Shown: positions 25,701 through 39,500 of the stretch, piece by piece
Position numbering within the stretch: the stretch's first letter is position 1
Layout: the number at the start of each line of letters is the position of its first letter
Source: Eledone cirrhosa
Lineage: Eukaryota
Assembly (NCBI GenBank): GCA_964016885.1
Contig: OZ024740.1
Span: forward strand, 11,036,001 to 11,100,000
DNA length: 64,000 bases
Direction: 5' to 3'
The notes under the pieces: model-generated
The model's database searches: none
Seen by the model: the letters and a program-made list of their open reading frames with translations, nothing else
Told to the model about the DNA's origin: nothing
Translations under genes and position numbers: made by a program

Positions 25701-28700
25701 AGAGGTGCAATGTTGCATGGCTGTGAGACATGGATGGTAAATGGTAGATTATATGATGCTTACTTGAGAGGTGCAATGTTGCATGGCTGTGAGACATGGG
25801 TGGTAAATGGTAGATTATATGATGATTACTTGAGAGGTGCAATGTTGCATGGCTGTGAGACGTAGGTGTTAAATGGTAGATTATATGATGCTTACTTGAG
25901 AGGTGTAATGTTGCATGGCTGTGAGACATGGGTGGTAAATGGTAGATTATATGATGCTTACTTGAGAGGTGCAATGTTGCATGGCTGTGAGACATGGGTG
26001 GTAAATGGTAGATTATATGATGCTTACTTGAGAGGTGCAATGTTGCATGGCTGTGAGACATAGGTGGTAAATGGTAGATTATATGATGCTTACTTGAGAG
26101 GTGCAATGTTGCATGGCTGTGAGACATGGGTGGTAAATGGTAGATTATAAAATGCTTACTTGAGAGATGCAATGATGCATGGCTGTGAGACATGGGTGGT
26201 AAATGGTAGATTATATAATGCTTACTTGAGAGGTGCAATGTTGCATGGCTGTGAGACATGGGTGGTAAATGGTAGATTATAAAATGCTTACTTGAGAGGT
26301 GCAATGTTGCATGGCTGTGAGACATGGGTGGTAAATGGTAGATTATATGATGCTTACTTGAGAGGTGCAATGTTGCATGGCTGTGACACATTGGTGGTAA
26401 ATGGTAGATTATATAATGCTTACTTGAGAGGTGCAATGTTGCATGGCTGTGAGACATGGGTGGTAAATGGTAGATTATAAAATGCTTACTTGAGAGGTGC
26501 AATGTTGCATGGCTGTGAGACATAGGTGGTAAATGGTAGATTATATGATGCTTACTTGAGAGGTACAATGTTGCATGGCTGTGACACATTGGTGGTAAAT
26601 GGTAGATTATATAATGCTTACTTGAGAGGTGCAATGTTGCATGGCTGTGTGACATGGGTGGTAAATGGTAGATTATATGATGCTTACTTGAGAGGTGCAA
26701 TGTTGCATGGCTGTGAGACATAGGTGGTAAATGGTAGATTATATGATGCTTACTTGAGAGGTGCAATGTTGCATGGCTGTGAGACGTAGGTGGTAAATGG
26801 TAGATTATATGATGCTTACTTGAGAGGTGCAATGTTGCATGGCTGTGAGACATGGGTGGTAAATGGTAGATTATATGATGCTTACTTGAGAGGTGCAATG
26901 TTGCATGGCTGTGAGACATGGGTGGTAAATGGTAGATTATATGATGCTTACTTGAGAGGTGCAATGTTGCATGGCTGTGAGACATGGGTGGTAAATGGTA
27001 GATTATATGATGCTTACTTGAGAGGTGCAATGTTGCATGGCTGTGAGACATGGGTGGTAAATGGTAGATTATATGATGCTTACTTGAGAGGTGCAATGTT
27101 GCATGGCTGTGAGACATGGGTGGTAAATGGTAGATTATATGATGCTTACTTGAGAGGTGCAATGTTGCATGGCTGTGAGACATGGGTGGTAAATGGTAGA
27201 TTATATGATGCTTACTTGAGAGGTGCAATGTTGCATGGCTGTGAGACATGGGTGGTAAATGGTAGATTATATAATGCTTACTTGAGAGGTGCAATGTTGC
27301 ATGGCTGTGAGACATGGGTGGTAAATGGTAGATTATATGCTGCTTACTTGAGAGGTACAATGTTGCATGGCTGTGAGACATGGGTGGTAAATGGTAGATT
27401 ATATGATGCTTACTTGAGAGGTGCAATGTTGTATGGCTGTGAGACATGGGTGGTAAATGGTAGATTATATGATGCTTACTTGAGAGGTGCAATGTTGCAT
27501 GGCTGTGAGACATGGGTGGTAAATGGTAGATTATAAAATGCTTACTTGAGAGGTGCAATGTTGCATGGCTGTGAGACATGTGTGGTAAATGGTAGATTTT
27601 ATGATGCTTACTTGAGAGGTGCAATGTTGCATGGCTGTGAGACATGGGTGGTAAATGGTATATTATAAAATGCTTACTTGAGAGGTGCAATGTTGCATGG
27701 CTGTGAGACATGTGTGGTAAATGGTAGATTATATGATGCTTACTTGAGAGGTGCAATGTTGCATGGCTGTGAAACATAGGTGGTAAATGGTAGATTATAT
27801 GATGCTTACTTGAGAGGTGCAATGTGCATGGCTGTGAGACATAGGTGGTAAATGGTAGATTATATGATGCTTACTTGAGAGGTGCAATGTTGCATGGCTG
27901 TGAGACGTAGGTGGTAAATGGTAGACTATATGATGCTTACTTGAGAGGTGCAATGTTGCATGGCTGTGAGACATGCGTGGTAAATGGTAGATTATATGAT
28001 GCTTACTTGAGAGGTGCAATGTTGCATGGCTGTGAGACATGGGTGGTAAATGGTAGATTATATGATGCTTACTTGAGAGGTGCAATGTTGCATGGCTGTG
28101 AGACATGGGTGGTAAATGGTAGATTATATGATGCTTACTTGAGAGGTGCAATGTTGCATGGCTGTGAGACATGGGTGGTAAATGGTAGATTATATGATGC
28201 TTACTTGAGAGGTGCAATGTTGCATGGCTGTGAGACATGGGTGGTAAATGGTAGATTATATGATGCTTACCTGAGAGGGGCAATGTTGCATGGCTGTGAG
28301 ACATGGGTGGTAAATGGTAGATTATATGATGCTTACTTGAGAGGTGCAATGTTGCATGGCTGTGAGACATGGGTGGTAAATGGTAGATTATATAATGCTT
28401 ACTTGAGAGGTGCAATGTTCCATGGCTGTGAGACATGGGTGGTAAATGGTAGATTATATGATGCTTACTTGAGAGGTGCAATGTTGCATGGCTGTGAGAC
28501 ATGGGTGGTAAATGGTAGATTATATAATGCTTACTTGAGAGGTGCAATGTTGCATTGCTGTGAGACATGGGTGGTAAATGGTAGATTATATGATGCTTAC
28601 TTGAGAGGTGCAATGGTGCATGGCTGTGAGACATAGGTGGTAAATGGTAGATTATATGATGCTTACTTGAGAGGTGCAATGTTGCATGGCTGTGAGACGT

Positions 28701-31700
28701 AGGTGGTAAATGGTAGATTATATGATGCTTACTTGAGAGGTACAATGTTGCATGGCTGTGAGACATGGGTGGTAAATGGTAGATTATATGATGCTTATTT
28801 GAGAGGTACAATGTTGCATGGCTGTGAGACATGGGTGGTAAATGGTAGATTATATGATGCTTACTTGAGAGGTACAACGTTGCATGGCTGTGAGACATGG
28901 GTGGTAAATGGTAGATTATATAATGCTTACTTGAGAGGTGCTATGTTGCATGGCTGTGAGACATGGGTGGTAAATGGTAGATTATATGATGCTTACTTGA
29001 GAGGTGCAATGTTGCATGGCTGTGAGACATGGGTGGTAAATGGTAGATTATATGATGATTACTTGAGAGGTGCAATGTTGCATGGCTGTGAGACGTAGGT
29101 GGTAAATGGTAGATTATATGATGCTTACTTGAGAGGTGTAATGTTGCATGGCTGTGAGACATGGGTGGTAAATGGTAGATTATATGATGCTTACTTGAGA
29201 GGTGCAATGTTGCATGGCTGTGAGACATGGGTGGTAAATGGTAGATTATATGATGCTTACTTGAGAGGTGCAATGTTGCATGGCTGTGAGACATGGGTGG
29301 TAAATGGTAGATTATATGATGCTTACTTGAGAGGTGCAATGTTGTATGGCTGTGAGACATGGGTGGTAAATGGTAGATTATATGATGCTTACTTGAGAGG
29401 TGCAATGTTGCATGGCTGTGAGACATGGGTGGTAAATGGTAGATTATAAAATGCTTACTTGAGAGGTGCAATGTTGCATGGCTGTGAGACATGTGTGGTA
29501 AATGGTAGATTTTATGATGCTTACTTGAGAGGTGCAATGTTGCATGGCTGTGAGACATGGGTGGTAAATGGTATATTATAAAATGCTTACTTGAGAGGTG
29601 CAATGTTGCATGGCTGTGAGACATAGGTGGTAAATGGTAGATTATATGATGCTTACTTGAGAGGTACAATGTTGCATGGCTGTGACACATTGGTGGTAAA
29701 TGGTAGATTATATAATGCTTACTTGAGAGGTGCAATGTTGCATGGCTGTGTGACATGGGTGGTAAATGGTAGATTATATGATGCTTACTTGAGAGGTGCA
29801 ATGTTGCATGGCTGTGAGACATAGGTGGTAAATGGTAGATTATATGATGCTTACTTGAGAGGTACAATGTTGCATGGCTGTGAGACATGGGTGGTAAATG
29901 GTAGATTATATGATGCTTACTTGAGAGGTGCAATGTGCATGGCTGTGAGACATAGGTGGTAAATGGTAGATTATATGATGCTTACTTGAGAGGTGCAATG
30001 TTGCATGGCTGTGAGACGTAGGTGGTAAATGGTAGATTATATGATGCTTACTTGAGAGGTGCAATGTTGCATGGCTGTGAGACATGGGTGGTAAATGGTC
30101 GATTATATGATGCTTACTTGAGAGATGCAATGTTGCATGGCTGTGAGACATGGGTGGTAAATGGTAGATTACATGATGCTTACTTGAGAGGTGCAATGTT
30201 GCATGGCTGTGAGACAGGTGGTAAATGGTAGATTATATGATGCTTACTTGAGAGGTGCAATGTTGCATGGCTGTGAGACAGGTGGTAAATGGTAGATTAT
30301 ATGATGCTTACTTGAGAGGTGCAATGTTGCATGGCTATGAGACATGGGTGGTAAATGGTAGATTATATGATGCTTACTTGAGAGGTGCAATGTTGCATGG
30401 CTGTGAGACATGGGTGGTAAATGGTAGATTATATGATGCTTACTTGAGAGGTGCAATGTTGCATGGCTGTGAGACATGGGTGGTAAATGGTAGATTATAT
30501 GCTGCTTACTTGAGAGGTACAATGTTGCATGGCTGTGAGACATGGGTGGTAAATGGTAGATTATATGATGCTTACTTGAGAGGTGCAATGTTGTATGGCT
30601 GTGAGACATGGGTGGTAAATGGTAGATTATATGATGCTTACTTGAGAGGTGCAATGTTGCATGGCTGTGAGACATGGGTGGTAAATGGTAGATTATAAAA
30701 TGCCTACTTGAGAGGTGCAATGTTGCATGGCTGTGAGACATGTGTGGTAAATGGTAGATTTTATGATGCTTACTTGAGAGGTGCAATGTTGCATGGCTGT
30801 GAGACGTAGGTGGTAAATGGTAGATTATATGATGCTTACTTGAGAGGTGTAATGTTGCATGGCTGTGAGACATGGGTGGTAAATGGTAGATTATATTATG
30901 CTTACTTGAGAGGTGCAATGTTGCATGGCTGTGAGACATGGGTGGTAAATGGTAGATTATATGATGCTTACTTGAGAGGTGCAATGTTGCATGGCTGTGA
31001 GACATGGGTGGTAAATGGTAGATTATATGATGCTTACTTGAGAGGTGCAATGTTGCATGGCTGTGAGACATGGGTGGTAAATGGTACATTATATAATGCT
31101 TACTTGAGAGGTGCAATGTTGCATGGCTGTGAGACATAGGTGGTAAATGGTAGATTATATGATGCTTACTTGAGAGGTGCAATGTTGCATGACTGTGAGA
31201 CATGGGTGGTAAATGGTAGATTATATGATGCTTACTTGAGAGGTGCAATGTTGCATGGCTGTGAGACATGGGTGGTAAATGGTAGATTATATGATGCTTA
31301 CTTGAGAGGTGCAATGTTGCATGGCTGTGAGACATGGGTGGTAAATGGTAGATTATATAATGCTTACTTGAGAGGTGCAATGTTGCATGGCTGTGAGACA
31401 TGGGTGGTAAATGGTAGATTATATGCTGCTTACTTGAGAGGTACAATGTTGCATGGCTGTGAGACATGGGTGGTAAATGGTAGATTATATGATGCTTACT
31501 TGAGAGGTGCAATGTTGTATGGCTGTGAGACATGGGTGGTAAATGGTAGATTATATGATGCTTACTTGAGAGGTGCAATGTTGCATGGCTGTGAGACATG
31601 GGTGGTAAATGGTAGATTATAAAATGCTTACTTGAGAGGTGCAATGTTGCATGGCTGTGAGACATGTGTGGTAAATGGTAGATTTTATGATGCTTACTTG

Positions 31701-33599
31701 AGAGGTGCAATGTTGCATGGCTGTGAGACATGGGTGGTAAATGGTATATTATAAAATGCTTACTTGAGAGGTGCAATGTTGCATGGCTGTGAGACATGTG
31801 TGGTAAATGGTAGATTATGTGATGCTTACTTGAGAGGTGCAATGTTGCATGGCTGTGAGACATGGGTGGAAAATGGTAGATTATATGATGCTTACTTGAG
31901 AGGTGCAATGTTGCATGGCTGTGAGACATGGGTGGTAAATGGTAGATTATATGATGCTTACTTGAGAGGTGCAATGTTGCATGGCTGTGAGACATGGGTG
32001 GTAAATGGTAGATTATATGATGCTTACTTCAGAGGTGCAATGTTGCATGGCTGTGAGACATGGGTGGTAAATGGTAGATTATATGATGCTTACCTGAGAG
32101 GGGCAATGTTGCATGGCTGTGAGACATGGGTGGTAAATGGTAGATTATATGATGCTTACTTGAGAGGTGCAATGTTGCATGGCTGTGAGACATGGGTGGT
32201 AAATGGTAGATTATATAATGCTTACTTGAGAGGTGCAATGTTCCATGGCTGTGAGACATGGGTGGTAAATGGTAGATTATATGATGCTTACTTGAGAGGT
32301 GCAATGTTGCATGGCTGTGAGACATGGGTGGTAAATGGTAGATTATATAATGCTTACTTGAGAGGTGCAATGTTGCATTGCTGTGAGACATGGGTGGTAA
32401 ATGGTAGATTATATGATGCTTACTTGAGAGGTGCAATGGTGCATGGCTGTGAGACATAGGTGGTAAATGGTAGATTATATGATGCTTACTTGAGAGGTGC
32501 AATGTTGCATTGCTGTGAGACATAGGTTGTAAATGGTAGGTTATATGATGCTTACTTGAGAGGCGCAATGTTGCATGGCTGTGAGACATAGGTGGTAAAT
32601 GGTAGATTATATGATGCTTACTTGAGAGGTACAATGTTGCATGGCTGTGACACATTGGTGGTAAATGGTAGATTATATAATGCTTACTTGAGAGGTGCAA
32701 TGTTGCATGGCTGTGTGACATGGGTGGTAAATGGTAGATTATATGATGCTTACTTGAGAGGTGCAATGTTGCATGGCTGTGAGACATAGGTGGTAAATGG
32801 TAGATTATATGATGCTTACTTGAGAGGTACAATGTTGCATGGCTGTGAGACATGGGTGGTAAATGGTAGATTATATGATGCTTACTTGAGAGGTGCAATG
32901 TGCATGGCTGTGAGACATGGGTGGTAAATGGTCGATTATATGATGCTTACTTGAGAGGTGCAATGTTGCATGGCTGTGAGACAGGTGGTAAATGGTAGAT
33001 TATATGATGCTTACTTGAGAGGTGCAATGTTGCATGGCTATGAGACATGGGTGGTAAATGGTAGATTATATGATGCTTACTTGAGAGGTGCAATGTTGCA
33101 TGGCTGTGAGACATGGGTGGTAAATGGTAGATTATATGATGCTTACTTGAGAGGTGCAATGTTGCATGGCTGTGAGACATGGGTGGTAAATGGTAGATTA
33201 TATGCTGCTTACTTGAGAGGTACAATGTTGCATGGCTGTGAGACATGGGTGGTAAATGGTAGATTATATGATGCTTACTTGAGAGGTGCAATGTTGTATG
33301 GCTGTGAGACATGGGTGGTAAATGGTAGATTATATGATGCTTACTTGAGAGGTGCAATGTTGCATGGCTGTGAGACATGGGTGGTAAATGGTAGATTATA
33401 AAATGCTTACTTGAGAGGTGCAATGTTGCATGGCTGTGAGACATGTGTGGTAAATGGTAGATTTTATGATGCTTACTTGAGAGGTGCAATGTTGCATGGC
33501 TGTGAGACATAGGTGGTAAATGGTAGATTATAAAATGCTTACTTGAGAGGTGCAATGTTGCATGGCTGTGAGACATGGGTGGTAAATGGTAGATTATAT

Positions 33600-36500
33600 G
33601 ATGCTTACTTGAGAGGTGCAATGTTGCATGGCTGTGAGACATGGGTGGTAAATGGTAGATTATATGATGCTTACTTGAGAGGTGCAATGTTGCATGGCTG
33701 TGAGACATGGGTGGTAAATGGTAGATTATATAATGCTTACTTGAGAGGTGCAATGTTGCATTGTTGTGAGACATGGGTGGTAAATGGTAGATTATATGAT
33801 GCTTACTTGAGAGGTGCAATGTTGCATGGCTGTGAAACATAGGTGGTAAATGGTAGATTATATGATGCTTACTTGAGAGGTGCAATGTTGCATTGCTGTG
33901 AGACATAGGTGGTAAATGGTAGGTTATATGATGCTTACTTGAGAGGCGCAATGTTGCATGGCTGTGAGACATAGGTGGTAAATGGTAGATTATATGATGC
34001 TTACTTGAGAGGTACAATGTTGCATGGCTGTGACACATTGGTGGTAAATGGTAGATTATATAATGCTTACTTGAGAGGTGCAATGTGCATGGCTGTGAGA
34101 CATAGGTGGTAAATTGTAGATTATATGATGCTTACTTGAGAGGTGCAATGTTGCATGGCTGTGAGACGTAGGTGGTAAATGGTAGATAATATGATGCTTA
34201 CTTGAGAGGTGCAATGTTGCATGGCTGTGAGACATGGGTGGTAAATGGTAGATTATATGATGCTTACTTGAGAGGTGCAATGTTGCATGGCTGTGAGACA
34301 TGGGTGGTAAATGGTAGATTATATGATGCTTACTTGAGAGGTGCAATGTTGCATGGCTGTGAGACATGGGTGGTAAATGGTAGATTATATAATGCTTACT
34401 TGAGAGGTGCAATGTTGCATGGCTGTGAGACATGGGTGGTAAATGGTAGATTATATGCTGCTTACTTGAGAGGTACAATGTTGCATGGCTGTGAGACATG
34501 GGTGGTAAATGGTAGATTATATGATGCTTACTTGAGAGGTGCAATGTTGTATGGCTGTGAGACATGGGTGGTAAATGGTAGATTATATGATGCTTACTTG
34601 AGAGGTGCAATGTTGCATGGCTGTGAGACATGGGTGGTAAATGGTAGATTATAAAATGCTTACTTGAGAGGTGCAATGTTGCATGGCTGTGAGACATGTG
34701 TGGTAAATGGTAGATTTTATGATGCTTACTTGAGAGGTGCAATGTTGCATGGCTGTGAGACATGGGTGGTAAATGGTATATTATAAAATGCTTACTTGAG
34801 AGGTGCAATGTTGCATGGCTGTGAGACATGTGTGGTAAATGGTAGATTATATGATGCTTACTTGAGAGGTGCAATGTTGCATGGCTGTGAGACATGGGTG
34901 GTAAATGGTAGATTATATGATGCTTACTTGAGAGGTGCAATGTTGCATGGCTGTGAGACATGGGTGGTAAATGGTAGATTATATGATGCTTACTTGAGAG
35001 GTGCAATGTTGCATGGCTGTGAGACATGGGTGGTAAATGGTAGATTATATGATGCTTACTTGAGAGGTGCAATGTTGCATGGCTGTGAGACATGGGTGGT
35101 AAATGGTAGATTATATGATGCTTACTTGAGAGGTGCAATGTTCCATGGCTGTAAGACATGGGTGGTAAATGGTAGATTATATGATGCTTACTTGAGAGGT
35201 GCAATGTTGCATGGCTGTGAGACATGGGTGGTAAATGGTAGATTATATAATGCTTACTTGAGAGGTGCAATGTTCCATGGCTGTAAGACATGGGTGGTAA
35301 ATGGTAGATTATATGATGCTTACTTGAGAGGTGCAATGTTGCATGGCTGTGAGACATGGGTGGTAAATGGTAGATTATATAATGCTTACTTGAGAGGTGC
35401 AATGTTGCATTGCTGTGAGACATGGGTGGTAAATGGTAGATTATATGATGCTTACTTGAGAGGTGCAATGGTGCATGGCTGTGAGACATAGGTGGTAAAT
35501 GGTAGATTATATGATGCTTACTTGAGAGGTGCAATGTTGCATGGCTGTGAGACGTAGGTGGTAAATGGTAGATTATATGATGCTTACTTGAGAGGTACAA
35601 TGTTGCATGGCTGTGAGACATGGGTGGTAAATGGTAGATTATATGATGCTTACTTGAGAGGTACAATGTTGCATGGCTGTGAGACATGGGTGGTAAATGG
35701 TAGATTATATGATGCTTACTTGAGAGGTACAATGTTGCATGGCTGTGAGACATGTGTGGTAAATGGTAGATTATATGATGCTTACTTGAGAGGTGCTATG
35801 TTGCATGGCTGTGAGACATGGGTGGTAAATGGTAGATTATATAATGCTTACTTGAGAGGTGCAATGTTGCATGGCTGTGAGACATGGGTGGTAAATGGTA
35901 GATTATAAAATGCTTACTTGAGAGGTGCAATGTTGCATGGCTGTGAGACATGTGTGGTAAATGGTAGATTTTATGATGCTTACTTGAGAGGTGCAATGTT
36001 GCATGGCTGTGAGACATGGGTGGTAAATGGTATATTATAAAATGCTTACTTGAGAGGTGCAATGTTGCATGGCTGTGAGACATGTGTGGTAAATGGTAGA
36101 TTATATGATGCTTACTTGAGAGGTGCAATGTTGCATGGCTGTGAGACATGGGTGGTAAATGGTAGATTATATGATGCTTACTTGAGAGGTGCAATGTTGC
36201 ATGGCTGTGAGACATGGGTGGTAAATGGTAGATTATATGATGCTTACTTGAGAGGTGCAATGTTGCATGGCTGTGAGACATGGGTGGTAAATGGTAGATT
36301 ATATGATGCTTACTTGAGAGGTGCAATGTTGCATGGCTGTGAGACATGGGTGGTAAATGGTAGATTATATGATGCTTACCTGAGAGGGGCAATGTTGCAT
36401 GGCTGTGAGACATGGGTGGTAAATGGTAGATTATATGATGCTTACTTGAGAGGTGCAATGTTGCATGGCTGTGAGACATGGGTGGTAAATGGTAGATTAT

Positions 36501-39500
36501 ATAATGCTTACTTGAGAGGTGCAATGTTCCATGGCTGTGAGACATGGGTGGTAAATGGTAGATTATATGATGCTTACTTGAGAGGTGCAATGTTGCATGG
36601 CTGTGAGACATGGGTGGTAAATGGTAGATTATATAATGCTTACTTGAGAGGTGCAATGTTGCATTGCTGTGAGACATGGGTGGTAAATGGTAGATTATAT
36701 GATGCTTACTTGAGAGGTGCAATGGTGCATGGCTGTGAGACATAGGTGGTAAATGGTAGATTATATGATGCTTACTTGAGAGGTGCAATGTTGCATTGCT
36801 GTGAGACATAGGTTTTAAATGGTAGGTTATATGATGCTTACTTGAGAGGCGCAATGTTGCATGGCTGTGAGACATAGGTGGTAAATGGTAGATTATATGA
36901 TGCTTACTTGAGAGGTACAATGTTGCATGGCTGTGACACATTGGTGGTAAATGGTAGATTATATAATGCTTACTTGAGAGGTGCAATGTTGCATGGCTGT
37001 GTGACATGGGTGGTAAATGGTAGATTATATGATGCTTACTTGAGAGGTGCAATGTTGCATGGCTGTGAGACATAGGTGGTAAATGGTAGATTATATGATG
37101 CTTACTTGAGAGGTACAATGTTGCATGGCTGTGAGACATGGGTGGTAAATGGTAGATTATATGATGCTTACTTGAGAGGTGCAATGTGCATGGCTGTGAG
37201 ACATAGGTGGTAAATGGTAGATTATATGATGCTTACTTGAGAGGTACAATGTTGCATGGCTGTGAGACATGGGTGGTAAATGGTAGATTATATGATGCTT
37301 ACTTGAGAGGTGCAATGTGCATGGCTGTGAGACATGGGTGGTAAATGGTCGATTATATGATGCTTACTTGAGAGGTGCAATGTTGCATGGCTGTGAGACA
37401 GGTGGTAAATGGTAGATTATATGATGCTTACTTGAGAGGTGCAATGTTGCATGGCTATGAGACATGGGTGGTAAATGGTAGATTATATGATGCTTACTTG
37501 AGAGGTGCAATGTTGCATGGCTGTGAGACATGGGTGGTAAATGGTAGATTATATGATGCTTACTTGAGAGGTGCAATGTTGCATGGCTGTGAGACATGGG
37601 TGGTAAATGGTAGATTATATGCTGCTTACTTGAGAGGTACAATGTTGCATGGCTGTGAGACATGGGTGGTAAATGGTAGATTATATGATGCTTACTTGAG
37701 AGGTGCAATGTTGTATGGCTGTGAGACATGGGTGGTAAATGGTAGATTATATGATGCTTACTTGAGAGGTGCAATGTTGCATGGCTGTGAGACATGGGTG
37801 GTAAATGGTAGATTATAAAATGCTTACTTGAGAGGTGCAATGTTGCATGGCTGTGAGACATGTGTGGTAAATGGTAGATTTTATGATGCTTACTTGAGAG
37901 GTGCAATGTTGCATGGCTGTGAGACATAGGTGGTAAATGGTAGATTATAAAATGCTTACTTGAGAGGTGCAATGTTGCATGGCTGTGAGACATGGGTGGT
38001 AAATGGTAGATTATATGATGCTTACTTGAGAGGTGCAATGTTGCATGGCTGTGAGACATGGGTGGTAAATGGTAGATTATATGATGCTTACTTGAGAGGT
38101 GCAATGTTGCATGGCTGTGAGACATGGGTGGTAAATGGTAGATTATATGATGCTTACTTGAGAGGTGCAATGTTGCATGGCTGTGAGACATGGGTGGTAA
38201 ATGGTAGATTATATGATGCTTACTTGAGAGGTACAATGTTGCATGGCTGTGAGACATGGGTGGTAAATGGTAGATTACATGATGCTTACTTGAGAGGTGT
38301 AATGTTGCATGGCTGTGAGACATGGCTGGTAAATGGTAGATTATATGATGCTTACTTGAGAGGTGCAATGTTGCATGGCTGTGAGACATGGGTGGTAAAT
38401 GGTAGATTATATGATGCTTACTTGAGAGGTGCAATGTTGCATGGCTGTGAGACATGGGTGGTAAATGGTAGATTATATAATGCTTACTTGAGAGGTGCAA
38501 TGTTGCATTGTTGTGAGACATGGGTGGTAAATGGTAGATTATATGATGCTTACTTGAGAGGTGCAATGTTGCATGGCTGTGAAACATAGGTGGTAAATGG
38601 TAGATTATATGATGCTTACTTGAGAGGTGCAATGTTGCATTGCTGTGAGACATAGGTGGTAAATGGTAGGTTATATGATGCTTACTTGAGAGGCGCAATG
38701 TTGCATGGCTGTGAGACATAGGTGGTAAATGGTAGATTATATGATGCTTACTTGAGAGGTACAATGTTGCATGGCTGTGACACATTGGTGGTAAATGGTA
38801 GATTATATAATGCTTACTTGAGAGGTGCAATGTGCATGGCTGTGAGACATAGGTGGTAAATTGTAGATTATATGATGCTTACTTGAGAGGTGCAATGTTG
38901 CATGGCTGTGAGACGTAGGTGGTAAATGGTAGATTATATGATGCTTACTTGAGAGGTGCAATGTTGCATGGCTGTGAGACATGGGTGGTAAATGGTAGAT
39001 TATATGATGCTTACTTGAGAGGTGCAATGTTGCATGGCTGTGAGACATGGGTGGTAAATGGTAGATTATATGATGCTTACTTGAGAGGTGCAATGTTGCA
39101 TGGCTGTGAGACATGGGTGGTAAATGGTAGATTATATAATGCTTACTTGAGAGGTGCAATGTTGCATGGCTGTGAGACATGGGTGGTAAATGGTAGATCA
39201 TATGCTGCTTACTTGAGAGGTACAATGTTGCATGGCTGTGAGACATGGGTGGTAAATGGTAGATTATATGATGCTTACTTGAGAGGTGCAATGTTGTATG
39301 GCTGTGAGACATGGGTGGTAAATGGTAGATTATATGATGCTTACTTGAGAGGTGCAATGTTGCATGGCTGTGAGACATGGGTGGTAAATGGTAGATTATA
39401 AAATGCTTACTTGAGAGGTGCAATGTTGCATGGCTGTGAGACATGTGTGGTAAATGGTAGATTTTATGATGCTTACTTGAGAGGTGCAATGTTGCATGGC

